In this document: piece after piece, positions 8,957 to 16,100 of the stretch
How positions within the stretch are numbered: position 1 is the first letter of the stretch
Layout: every line of letters begins with the position of its first letter
DNA from: a virus
IMG/VR virus record: IMGVR_UViG_3300044796_000141
Coordinates: 36,323 to 100,322 of that record
Length of the DNA: 64,000 nucleotides
Reading direction: 5' to 3' (one strand)
Program-made: the position numbers and the translations under genes
Notes under the pieces: generated by a model
The model's input: only the letters and a program-made list of their open reading frames with translations
Databases searched by the model: none
Told to the model about the DNA's origin: nothing

Positions 8957-9196
8957 ATGAAAGACTGGATTATTACTCGCATTGCAAAAAATCTTGATAC
9001 GCGGTCCGCTAAAGAATTCCCATTGCGCATCGAAGGTGTAAACCTTAATGCGAGCGCGCTAATGTATGGCGATACTAATCGCTATTTTGAATGGCGTGTG
9101 CGCGATGTTTATGACTCGCGTTATGATATCGGTAAAGCAGTCATCGCCGATGATGTGCCGCTAGTTCTAATGCAAGAGTGTAGACGCAACGGCTAA
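8957..9196 (+). CDS. hypothetical protein
   Basis: Track frame 8912..9196; ATG 8957 after a GGGGGA RBS is preferred. Confidence 0.55.
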   Translation: MKDWIITRIAKNLDTRSAKEFPLRIEGVNLNASALMYGDTNRYFEWRVRDVYDSRYDIGKAVIADDVPLVLMQECRRNG

Positions 9197-9256
9197 GCTT
9201 AATCGTATCGCAGAAATGAAAGGCACCTAAACGAAATAAAAAATTACACTATCTAC

Positions 9257-9285
9257 TTGCATTGGTTTTCTAGTTGTCTTACAGT
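9257..9285 (+). promoter_or_regulatory. sigma70-like promoter
   Basis: TTGCAT 9257-9262, 17-nt spacer, TACAGT 9280-9285. Confidence 0.4.
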
Positions 9286-9363
9286 ATCTACACGGCATGA
9301 CTTGCAATTTCGCCAGCCATGCCACAAACAAGGGCGCAAGCCCAAAAAAGAAAAGGGTTTTAT

Positions 9364-9693
9364 ATGTCGAATACTACTGAATTGTCTAAGGAAGCGGTTT
9401 TGGGTCAAATTTTTAACAAGCTTGGCACGGTGGGCGCTAAGGCGTTTGGCGTCTCTCTGTCAGTCGAAACGCTGACCGAGGTTGCGCATGAGGCGCAGCT
9501 TATTTCGCGCGAGCGTGGTCGCTATGGCGGGTCTAATCCGACCCAAGCTGGTTGCGACTTCGTGAGTGTTGACTTCGATGCGTATCAAACGGCGAACGCT
9601 GATAACCGCGAAGCCACGAAATTGGCGAATAAAATCGCAAAGCTGCAAGCCAAGCAAGCCGAAATGGTTGCGGGCAAGACGCAAGCGGCGTAA
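9364..9693 (+). CDS. hypothetical protein, island family A
   Basis: Track frame 9319..9693; ATG 9364 (MSNTTELSKEAVLGQIF) aligns with the start of paralog 11905. Confidence 0.7.
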   Translation: MSNTTELSKEAVLGQIFNKLGTVGAKAFGVSLSVETLTEVAHEAQLISRERGRYGGSNPTQAGCDFVSVDFDAYQTANADNREATKLANKIAKLQAKQAEMVAGKTQAA

Positions 9694-9786
9694 CAACTAA
9701 ATAAATAACTTAACCCCTTATGGGAATAAGACATAGCTACTAGTTAACTATGTAAAAAGGTTAGTGGGCTATCCTTAAAACCACAA

Positions 9787-9841
9787 AGTCGAAACGCGGT
9801 TCTATTCCGCGTCGCAACATAATGTGTTGCCTGATGAGACT
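9787..9841 (+). ncRNA. hammerhead ribozyme, type II (stem II open), copy 1
   Basis: agtc-GAA-A CGCGG(ttctatt)CCGCG T-C| GCAACA(taatg)TGTTGC CUGAUGA gact. Full core present (C3-A9, G12-A14, A15.1:U16.1, C17, G10.1:C11.1). Predicted cleavage after C9813. Confidence 0.75.
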
Positions 9842-9861
9842 ATATATGCTAATTATAGTAT

Positions 9862-10269
9862 ATGAAAAAATGTAAAACATGTCGGAACAAATAAAGAAGA
9901 AAATATAAATAATTTTGAAAAAGCAAGAGTCGGCTTAAGAACAATATGTAAAGAATGTAGAAGCAAATACAAAAAACTTCATGGCTCTAAACCAGAAATT
10001 AAAAACAAAAGAAGAAATTCTAATTACATAAAGAAATACAATCTAACACTTGAACAGTGGACAGAATTATTTAATAATCAGAATCATAAATGTAAGATAT
10101 GTCGGGATAGATGAAAGCAATACAGAATGGAAAACATTAGTAGTAGACCATTGCCATAAGACGCGGAAAGGTTAGAGGCTTATTGTGCGACCCTTGTAAT
10201 CGAGGCATAGCAGCTTTTAGAGATAATCCCATTGCATGCCGCAACGCGGCTGACTATTTAGAAAGATAA
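9862..10269 (+). CDS. Endonuclease VII / HNH-type homing endonuclease; needs three +1 shifts at CGG 9883, 10103 and 10164
   Basis: Reconstructed MKKCKTC|GTNKEEN...NHKCKIC|GIDESNTEWKTLVVDHCHKT|GKVRGLLCDPCNRGIAAFRDN...YLER. No other defect; stop at 10267-10269, 3 nt before the next ATG. Confidence 0.75.
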
Positions 10270-10272
10270 TAT

Positions 10273-10527
10273 ATGAAACCATTTGAAGTGAATGTTTCTA
10301 GTAAGTATGGCGCCCCAATGGGTCGGCGCGAGACTGCAAACTTAGAAGGTAAGGTGCACTTGCAACGCGTGCCGCTTTATGATGGTTGCTATGATAAAGG
10401 TGGCGCATATTGGGGCGGTCCGTCTAACCTGTGGTGTGCGTGGAATGACAAAGGCACACAATACTTGCGCGCGGGTAGCAGAGTGGAAGCAAAAACAATG
10501 TTGCCTGAATGTAAATTCTATAAATAA
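10273..10527 (+). CDS. hypothetical protein (GGAYWGG motif)
   Basis: Track ORF. Confidence 0.65.
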   Translation: MKPFEVNVSSKYGAPMGRRETANLEGKVHLQRVPLYDGCYDKGGAYWGGPSNLWCAWNDKGTQYLRAGSRVEAKTMLPECKFYK

Positions 10528-10538
10528 AGGAAAATAAT

Positions 10539-10742
10539 ATGGAATATGTAATCACCAATGATAAGGGTTTATTTTGGGCCGGTACATATTGGGCGACAGA
10601 GTATCCTGATGCTGTATTGTTTGGCTCGCAAACTAAAGCATTTAGTGCAGCGGAGCGCGTCTACCATCGCACCTATACTGATGTCTATGTAATCGTTAAT
10701 TACGGTATGGATAATCAAGAGATTGTCGATATAATCTTGTAG
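10539..10742 (+). CDS. hypothetical protein
   Basis: Track ORF; AAGGAAA RBS. Confidence 0.6.
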   Translation: MEYVITNDKGLFWAGTYWATEYPDAVLFGSQTKAFSAAERVYHRTYTDVYVIVNYGMDNQEIVDIIL

Positions 10743-10757
10743 GCTTAATCCAACTGC

Positions 10758-11276
10758 CTAATTCGGGGCATCCATTTGTATCGGTGCATTGCATTCACTA
10801 CAATTCCTTAACTTGTGCATTATGCTGGTAGCGAATCCTTTCTTATAGAAGCAGATTAAACACTTACAATAAAACTTATATAAATTCTTTCTGTTCTTTA
10901 ACTCCCAAAATGTTTGGTATGGTATTTCATTCGCTAGTATCACCAGTCTCTGCCATTCTTTACCGTGCTCATCATTAAGGGTACCGTATAGCTTGTAAGT
11001 CAAAATGTGGCAGCATTCATGTATGATGACATTCCTTTGCTCTTCAGGTGTGGCTTGCGCCCATAGCGTTGCGGAAATTTCCATTAGCATCTTACTTGGA
11101 TAAGCGCAAGAAAAATTTCCTACAGTATTTTCGCAGAATCTATAGTGGATATTCTCCGAGAGGTGAGCTAAACTGTTTCTATCACAGGCTTGCTTGATGT
11201 ATGTTTCTATAACATTCATTCTTTGGCAAGCTGCATTATATATGCCACGGTCAATGGTTGACCTTGGTTCATTCAC
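10758..11276 (-). CDS. SprT-like zinc metalloprotease
   Basis: VIIHECCHIL (HExxH), EHGKEW, C-terminal Cys cluster CKCLIC...CSEC; paralog of 44749. Confidence 0.75.
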   Translation of the reverse strand: MNEPRSTIDRGIYNAACQRMNVIETYIKQACDRNSLAHLSENIHYRFCENTVGNFSCAYPSKMLMEISATLWAQATPEEQRNVIIHECCHILTYKLYGTLNDEHGKEWQRLVILANEIPYQTFWELKNRKNLYKFYCKCLICFYKKGFATSIMHKLRNCSECNAPIQMDAPN

Positions 11277-11476
11277 TATGGAGCACTATGGTACCGTATC
11301 TTGCCTCTTATTGGTTAGTCTCGGGTTTTGCTTTGACTTGTGTCCCGGTTGAGCGGAAGTCAAAGGCGTCTCTGTCAGACTCGATAGCCGTAGGCTGTTT
11401 TTGCATGGTCATCGGCGGCATCCTACTGCCGTGCGCCATCGTAAGCAGGCTGCTCAATAAGAAGTGAGGTACCAAA

Positions 11477-11606
11477 ATGCTACACTGTTTGCGCACACTG
11501 TAGCATAAATGTAACGCAGTGTGTCGGCGGGCTCATCCACAAAGGCACAAAATATTCAATCATTCCGCTAATGCAGCACAAACAATAGACCTTGGCACAC
11601 ACTGTG
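11477..11606. promoter_or_regulatory. operator-like repeat cluster in a divergent intergenic region
   Basis: 8-bp inverted repeat ATGCTACA/TGTAGCAT at 11477-11506. CACACTG-type motif at 11482-88, 11495-501, 11517-23 (inverted) and 11596-606. Confidence 0.4.
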
Positions 11607-11664
11607 CTATGTAGTCAATCATCGGTGGCAATGAAGCAACCGACAAATTGAAAGAGAAAATATC

Positions 11665-11874
11665 ATGGACGCTAAGATTAAAGATAAGTATGTTGTTCGC
11701 GTGGTCGGAGCAGTTGCACAAAAGGTCGGGGGAGCACTTGGGTTTACTCCTTCAGAGTCATTGAGCCTTTTACTTGCGAAAGAATTGGGCTTAGTCTCTC
11801 GCGAAAAAGGTCGCTATGGTGGCACGTCAGTCAATGATAATGGTTTGAAGTTTTTGTTTCGTGATGCGGCTTAA
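11665..11874 (+). CDS. hypothetical protein, island family A (short member)
   Basis: LLAKELGLVSREKGRYGGTS matches the core of 9364. Confidence 0.6.
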   Translation: MDAKIKDKYVVRVVGAVAQKVGGALGFTPSESLSLLLAKELGLVSREKGRYGGTSVNDNGLKFLFRDAA

Positions 11875-11904
11875 TTAAAATCTTATAACTAAAGGATAAA
11901 TAAA

Positions 11905-12213
11905 ATGTCAACCGAATACTCTAAAGAAACAGTTTTGGCTCACATCTTTAAGAAGTTGGAAAATGAAAATAAGAAAAGTTTTGGTATCGCTTTCTCGCAT
12001 GAAGCATTGACGCAAGTTGCAACGGAATGCCTGTTCATTGAGCGTAAGCGTAAGTTTGGTTCAATCCCTACTCAAAAGGGCGTTGAATATGTGAATATGA
12101 ATTGGCAACGATATCAAAATGAAAATGCGGCTGGCTCTGAGATGAATAGATTGCAGAATCAAATTGCTAAACTTCAGCAAAGACAAGCCGAGCTGCGAAC
12201 GAAAGCAGCTTAA
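11905..12213 (+). CDS. hypothetical protein, island family A
   Basis: Alignable over its full length with 9364 and 6528. Confidence 0.7.
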   Translation: MSTEYSKETVLAHIFKKLENENKKSFGIAFSHEALTQVATECLFIERKRKFGSIPTQKGVEYVNMNWQRYQNENAAGSEMNRLQNQIAKLQQRQAELRTKAA

Positions 12214-12273
12214 TCCGAAACGCCCCACCAAAAATAAGGGGCGTCGCAAGGTGACGCCTTGCCTGATGAGGAT
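12213..12273 (+). ncRNA. hammerhead ribozyme, type II, copy 2
   Basis: atcc-GAA-A CGCCCC(accaaaaataa)GGGGCG T-C| GCAAGG(tgacg)CCTTGC CUGAUGA ggat. Same architecture as copy 1, with compensatory changes in all three stems. Cleavage after C12245. Fills the gap between stop 12213 and ATG 12276. Confidence 0.75.
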
Positions 12274-12275
12274 AT

Positions 12276-12617
12276 ATGATAAGCCAAGATAGATATATCA
12301 AAGTATTTAAGAACGAACTAGATACGCAAGCTAATAGACTTAAAGAAATGTTTGCGAGTTTAGTGGAGTATAATAGCGCGGGTGAATGCGTACCAAAAAG
12401 CTCCACCAATGTCAAACAGCTAAAAGCAATCAAAGATGGTCTACAATCTGTTCTTGCCATTCTAGATGAAGTAAAAGTAAATACTAAGAAGCTTAATAAA
12501 GAAATAAAAGACGCAGATATTGAAGTAAATAAGACTAGAGACTTATTAATTGCTTTCTCTAAAGAGTATAAGATTGTATTACCTTCAATCTTAACAAAAC
12601 TTTACCGCATTACCTAA
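12276..12617 (+). CDS. hypothetical protein
   Basis: Track ORF immediately 3' of hammerhead 2. Confidence 0.6.
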   Translation: MISQDRYIKVFKNELDTQANRLKEMFASLVEYNSAGECVPKSSTNVKQLKAIKDGLQSVLAILDEVKVNTKKLNKEIKDADIEVNKTRDLLIAFSKEYKIVLPSILTKLYRIT

Positions 12618-12723
12618 TTCTATAAACGCTCTAGGCCACGCCAAAGTAATCAGGGGTAGCCTAGGGTATAGTCGCACTGCCATCGCAGCGCAGAGTGGCG
12701 TTTAAACGCTTTTTGGAGCTATT

Positions 12724-12903
12724 TTGGACACTGTTAAGCCGGTAAGTCGTGTGTGGTACGTTGAGAATGAAAAAGGCGATAAGAGACACGAAGTAACCGC
12801 TAACACATACATAGAAGCAAAGCAAAAGGGCAGAGTAATATTTCCTAATGAAGATATTGTTGTTTTCCCACAATCAATTGCCGGCTTTAGATTAATTTAT
12901 TGA
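12724..12903 (+). CDS. hypothetical small protein (start uncertain: TTG 12724 or GTG 12751)
   Basis: Open frame ...VWYVENEKGDKRHEVTANTYIEAKQKGRVIFPNEDIVVFPQSIAGFRLIY; antisense to the implausible track ORF 12661..12873. Confidence 0.35.
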   Translation: MDTVKPVSRVWYVENEKGDKRHEVTANTYIEAKQKGRVIFPNEDIVVFPQSIAGFRLIY

Positions 12904-12915
12904 AAGGATAAAAAT

Positions 12916-13200
12916 ATGGCTTGCGAGACTGATACTATAACGGCGCCCGCACATTGGGCAAGCTACTTGGTTAATGGCGATGCATCTAGCTTTGATTATT
13001 ATAACACGCCGAGTAATGCAGCGGGCGACCGAGATAAAGCGTTGTGCGATGCATGGCTAGAAACGCTTTCGGCGGATGGATGGAGCGTATGCAGTGCCGA
13101 AGGCGAAGCTTATTTCACGCATAACTATCCTTATTTCGCGCGGGATGGTCATGTAACGGCGGGCGATGTGCTCGAATACACAATCATTAGGAGTAAGTAA
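12916..13200 (+). CDS. hypothetical protein
   Basis: Track ORF; AAAGGATAA RBS. Confidence 0.65.
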   Translation: MACETDTITAPAHWASYLVNGDASSFDYYNTPSNAAGDRDKALCDAWLETLSADGWSVCSAEGEAYFTHNYPYFARDGHVTAGDVLEYTIIRSK

Positions 13201-13457
13201 TGGAAAACTATTTTAATAAATGTCATTTCTATGCTGAAGCAACGATGCCCAATAAAAGAAAGCGCAAGCTCGACTTCAAGTTTGAAGATGATTGTTTTTA
13301 TGCCTCTGTAAAAACGCACGCGACTATAGCGCTTAACAAGCGATTGCGCAAGCCACATCTTTGGGTAGGCGTTCAGTGCGTTATCACAATGGGCGAGAAG
13401 CAAATTGATGGCGTGATTGAATATGCCGGACTATACAATGAGGTTATCGTTCAATGA
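13200..13457 (+). CDS. hypothetical protein
   Basis: Track ORF; TAATG coupling. Confidence 0.55.
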   Translation: MENYFNKCHFYAEATMPNKRKRKLDFKFEDDCFYASVKTHATIALNKRLRKPHLWVGVQCVITMGEKQIDGVIEYAGLYNEVIVQ

Positions 13458-13735
13458 AAACTACACGAGCAATTATTGATATTCCGTTGACGCCTGACTA
13501 TGTTTTGAATAATGCTCACGCGCGCTATTGGTGGCACATGGATAAAGATGAACGAGCACGTGAAGACAAAGGTAGCCGGCGCATGACTCTCGCTAAACTT
13601 AAGCGCGGTCTAACGCTCTTGCCTACGCTCAAGAATGATGCGATGGTGGGGCGCATTGTTACTGGCGAGCCTGATGGTGAAGACTTGGATGTCCTTTTGC
13701 AATTGAGTATGTTTGGAGAATTGCTTTATGGATGA
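13454..13735 (+). CDS. hypothetical protein
   Basis: Track ORF; ATGA coupling. Confidence 0.6.
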   Translation: MKTTRAIIDIPLTPDYVLNNAHARYWWHMDKDERAREDKGSRRMTLAKLKRGLTLLPTLKNDAMVGRIVTGEPDGEDLDVLLQLSMFGELLYG

Positions 13736-13994
13736 GCATAAGACTGTTGTTGTCTTTCGCCTTTATGAGACTGGCGAATTGCTCGCGTTGTTTCCTGGCT
13801 TGCCATACAGTGACGTTCATCACGAGCAATGCATGAGTTATCAGCACGTTGGTCAGCACGGTGGAGCGGATTACAATCATTGTATCCGGCAAACTTGCCG
13901 AGCATTGCCGCATGAATATGAACCACTTAAAAAAGAACTAGAAGCAATTGGTTATAACCTAAATGTTCGTGAACGCTATACTAGAAAGGTTTAG
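13728..13994 (+). CDS. hypothetical protein
   Basis: Track frame 13713..13994; ATG 13728 preferred. Confidence 0.6.
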   Translation: MDEHKTVVVFRLYETGELLALFPGLPYSDVHHEQCMSYQHVGQHGGADYNHCIRQTCRALPHEYEPLKKELEAIGYNLNVRERYTRKV

Positions 13995-13997
13995 AAT

Positions 13998-14375
13998 ATG
14001 ATGAATACATTGGCTCAAGCTATTATCAAAACGATGGATGCTGCCCTTACCTGTAAATCAAAGGGTAATAATGAATGGTATCTTAAGCATACGCAAGCGT
14101 TATCTAAGCTTCAAAGTATGTTGCCAAGTGGAGCAGGTATTGATTGCGGTACAAAGATTAGTGAAGCATCAACGACAGATAAGCTTGTGTTGATTGTCGA
14201 ATATCATCATATGAATGAGCACGGTTATGATGGATGGACGCAGCATATCATTACTGTCAAGCCTTCGTTTATCTGGGGGCTAGATATTAAAATCAGCGGT
14301 CCTAATCGCAATGACATCAAAGAATATCTTCACGATGTCTATAAGAATGCGCTTGAAGAATTGGTTGTGCTATGA
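13998..14375 (+). CDS. hypothetical protein
   Basis: Track ORF. Confidence 0.65.
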   Translation: MMNTLAQAIIKTMDAALTCKSKGNNEWYLKHTQALSKLQSMLPSGAGIDCGTKISEASTTDKLVLIVEYHHMNEHGYDGWTQHIITVKPSFIWGLDIKISGPNRNDIKEYLHDVYKNALEELVVL

Positions 14376-14557
14376 ATAATGCGTCGCGTTTAATTCCTAC
14401 TTCCACTGAGCAATATCGTAGAACAATCAAAGCCTTTGATGAATTGCTTGATGCCATTGCAGCTAGCGACATGCTTACATGGTCGATTGCTCAACGCCAT
14501 GATGTGAATTATTATCAGCGTCTATTGATTGAAGCCGTTAATAAACAAAGAGGATAA
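14372..14557 (+). CDS. hypothetical protein
   Basis: Track ORF; ATGA coupling. Confidence 0.6.
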   Translation: MNNASRLIPTSTEQYRRTIKAFDELLDAIAASDMLTWSIAQRHDVNYYQRLLIEAVNKQRG

Positions 14558-14562
14558 CAATC

Positions 14563-14715
14563 ATGACCAAAGAAGAAATGATTGAAAAACTTATTGAAAA
14601 TGTCGATGATTGGGACATTGAAGTTTTGATTGATACCGTTAAAGATGTGCGGCGCGAGGAGCTTGAAGCATACGATTATGAAAAAGTCAAAGAAATATTT
14701 GACTTTGAAAGCTAA
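14563..14715 (+). CDS. hypothetical small acidic protein (50 aa)
   Basis: ATG after a GAGGATAA RBS; contains an in-frame CGG at 14650 read as Arg. Confidence 0.5.
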   Translation: MTKEEMIEKLIENVDDWDIEVLIDTVKDVRREELEAYDYEKVKEIFDFES

Positions 14716-14727
14716 AGGATAAATAAT

Positions 14728-14961
14728 ATGTTTAAGACAGCCGAAGTGAATGGTAAGAAAATTGCCTATACTGATGACACTGTTTTCTTGGTACAAGTAG
14801 GACGCGGTAAGAGCGCATATAAGACGCGCTACTCTTTCACTGGCAAAAATATTGGTCAGGCATTCATGTATTTTAGTGGTATCAATATTGGTAACGGTTA
14901 TAAGAAACGTCTGTTCGTTCCTAGTTTTAATAAACCATGTCTTGCGCGTCAGTTTAGTTAG
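14728..14961 (+). CDS. hypothetical protein
   Basis: Track ORF; AAAGGATAA RBS. Confidence 0.6.
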   Translation: MFKTAEVNGKKIAYTDDTVFLVQVGRGKSAYKTRYSFTGKNIGQAFMYFSGINIGNGYKKRLFVPSFNKPCLARQFS

Positions 14962-14970
14962 TGGTATAAT
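14942..14970 (+). promoter_or_regulatory. promoter for the tRNA at 14977
   Basis: TTGCGC 14942-47, 17-nt spacer, TGg-TATAAT 14962-70; the expected start is about 7 nt downstream, at the tRNA 5' end. Confidence 0.5.
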
Positions 14971-14976
14971 GGCAAT

Positions 14977-15053
14977 GGCCCTGTATCCCAATTGCTAGAG
15001 GAAATCGACTTAAAATCGACAAAGTATGGGTTGGAATCCCATCAGGGCTACCA
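14977..15053 (+). tRNA. atypical tRNA, anticodon UAA (Leu-type codons UUA/UUG)
   Basis: Acceptor GGCCCTG/CAGGGCT (G1:U72), A73, encoded CCA. Anticodon loop CTTAAAA. T arm ATGGG-TTGGAAT-CCCAT. Only a 5-nt variable loop, a weak 3-bp D stem, no GG in the D loop, and G instead of C56. Confidence 0.55.
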
Positions 15054-15097
15054 TTATTCTCTTTACACTTTTGATAGTTCGTGCTACTATTTATAGT

Positions 15098-15891
15098 ATG
15101 AAAGTAAATTATACAAAAGAAAAATTAGAAGAAATATGTAAACAAAGTTATTCAATAGCTCAAGTATTAGTGTTGCTTGGATTAAAGCCAAGAGGTCGGC
15201 AATTACAAAACAGTTAAAGCATATATAAAAAAGAATGAGATTGACGTATCACACTTTACAGGAAAGCGGACACCTTAAAGGTAAAACTCATGCTTATAAT
15301 CCGGCTATTGCTCTTGTAGACATTTTAAAAAAAGACTCACACTATCAATCATCTAGGCTTCGCGAACGTTTAATAGAAGAAAAATATTTTGAAGCTAAAT
15401 GTTATGTGTGTGGATTAATAGAATGGCAAGGAAAAGCTATAGCACTTGAATTAGAACATATTAGTGGTGACAATACCAATAATTGTATAGAAAACTTAAC
15501 ACTACTATGCCCCAATTGCCACGCTCAAACAAATACTTATAGAGGAAAAAATAAAAAATATACAATTGGTGATACGCTACCAAAACAACCGAAACTAAAA
15601 ATATATAAGCCAGAATATAGATATCAAATAAAATTATGCAAGGACTGTTCAAAAGAAATAAGTGATGGAGCTATCCGTTGCAAACCGTGTGCCGGCAAAA
15701 TTAATTCTCTTCCAAAGATAATATGGCCGAATAAAGAAGAATTAGAAAAGCTTGTATGGGAGCAATCAACATGGCGATTAGCAAAGCATCTAGGCGTTAG
15801 TGATAAGGCAATAGAAAAGCACTGTAAACAATTAGGGATTGATAAACCCGGTCCTGGCTATTGGACTAAAAAACGATTTAATAAAATCTAA
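15098..15891 (+). CDS. HNH homing endonuclease; needs two +1 shifts at CGG 15197 and 15267
   Basis: MKVNYTKEKLEEICKQSYSIAQVLVLLGLKPRG|GNYKTVKAYIKKNEIDVSHFTGK|GHLKGKTHAYNP...LELEHISGDNTNNCIENLTLLCPNCHAQT. The track splits it into 15026..15217 and 15235..15891. Confidence 0.75.
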
Positions 15892-15902
15892 AGGAAAACA
15901 AA

Positions 15903-16100
15903 ATGAAAGAATTTATTAACAAGTTGTTTTTAACTTGGTTCTTGGTAAGTTTACTTTTAGGTATTGGAATGTCAATTGTTTTTATTTCAATTACATTCAA
16001 TAGGAACGAAGATATTGGTCAATGCATTTTTATGAGCTTTGTGTGGTGGATACCGCATATCATATATCATTGGGCTAATTGGCTAAGGAAAACGAAATGA
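15903..16100 (+). CDS. small membrane protein
   Basis: Track ORF; two hydrophobic helices. Confidence 0.55.
   Translation: MKEFINKLFLTWFLVSLLLGIGMSIVFISITFNRNEDIGQCIFMSFVWWIPHIIYHWANWLRKTK

Noticed and set aside
9850-10270. Reading the fragmented endonuclease genes (also 3689-4478, 15026-15891, 41539-42026, 57253-57922) and the split methyltransferase as decaying pseudogenes
   Set aside because: All ten breaks are the same +1 event at CGG followed by GGN. No other stops or indels occur, and the joined ORFs end flush with their neighbours. Uniformity of this kind is not expected from random decay. Sequencing error is unlikely because the extra C is never in a homopolymer. Pseudogenisation remains the formal alternative and is listed under would_refute.
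11258-11496. Track ORFs in the divergent intergenic region
   Set aside because: They overlap each other on opposite strands in a repeat-rich regulatory gap. There is no RBS.
14770-14777. Additional CUGAUGA matches (also 19501-19507) as hammerhead cores
   Set aside because: Both lie inside well-supported ORFs. Both lack the GAAA / stem III / GUC elements in any permutation.
15026-15217. Track ORF taken as an independent 63-aa CDS starting at 15026
   Set aside because: Its first 28 nt lie inside the tRNA at 14977-15053. It is the N-terminal fragment of the HNH gene, which more plausibly starts at ATG 15098.
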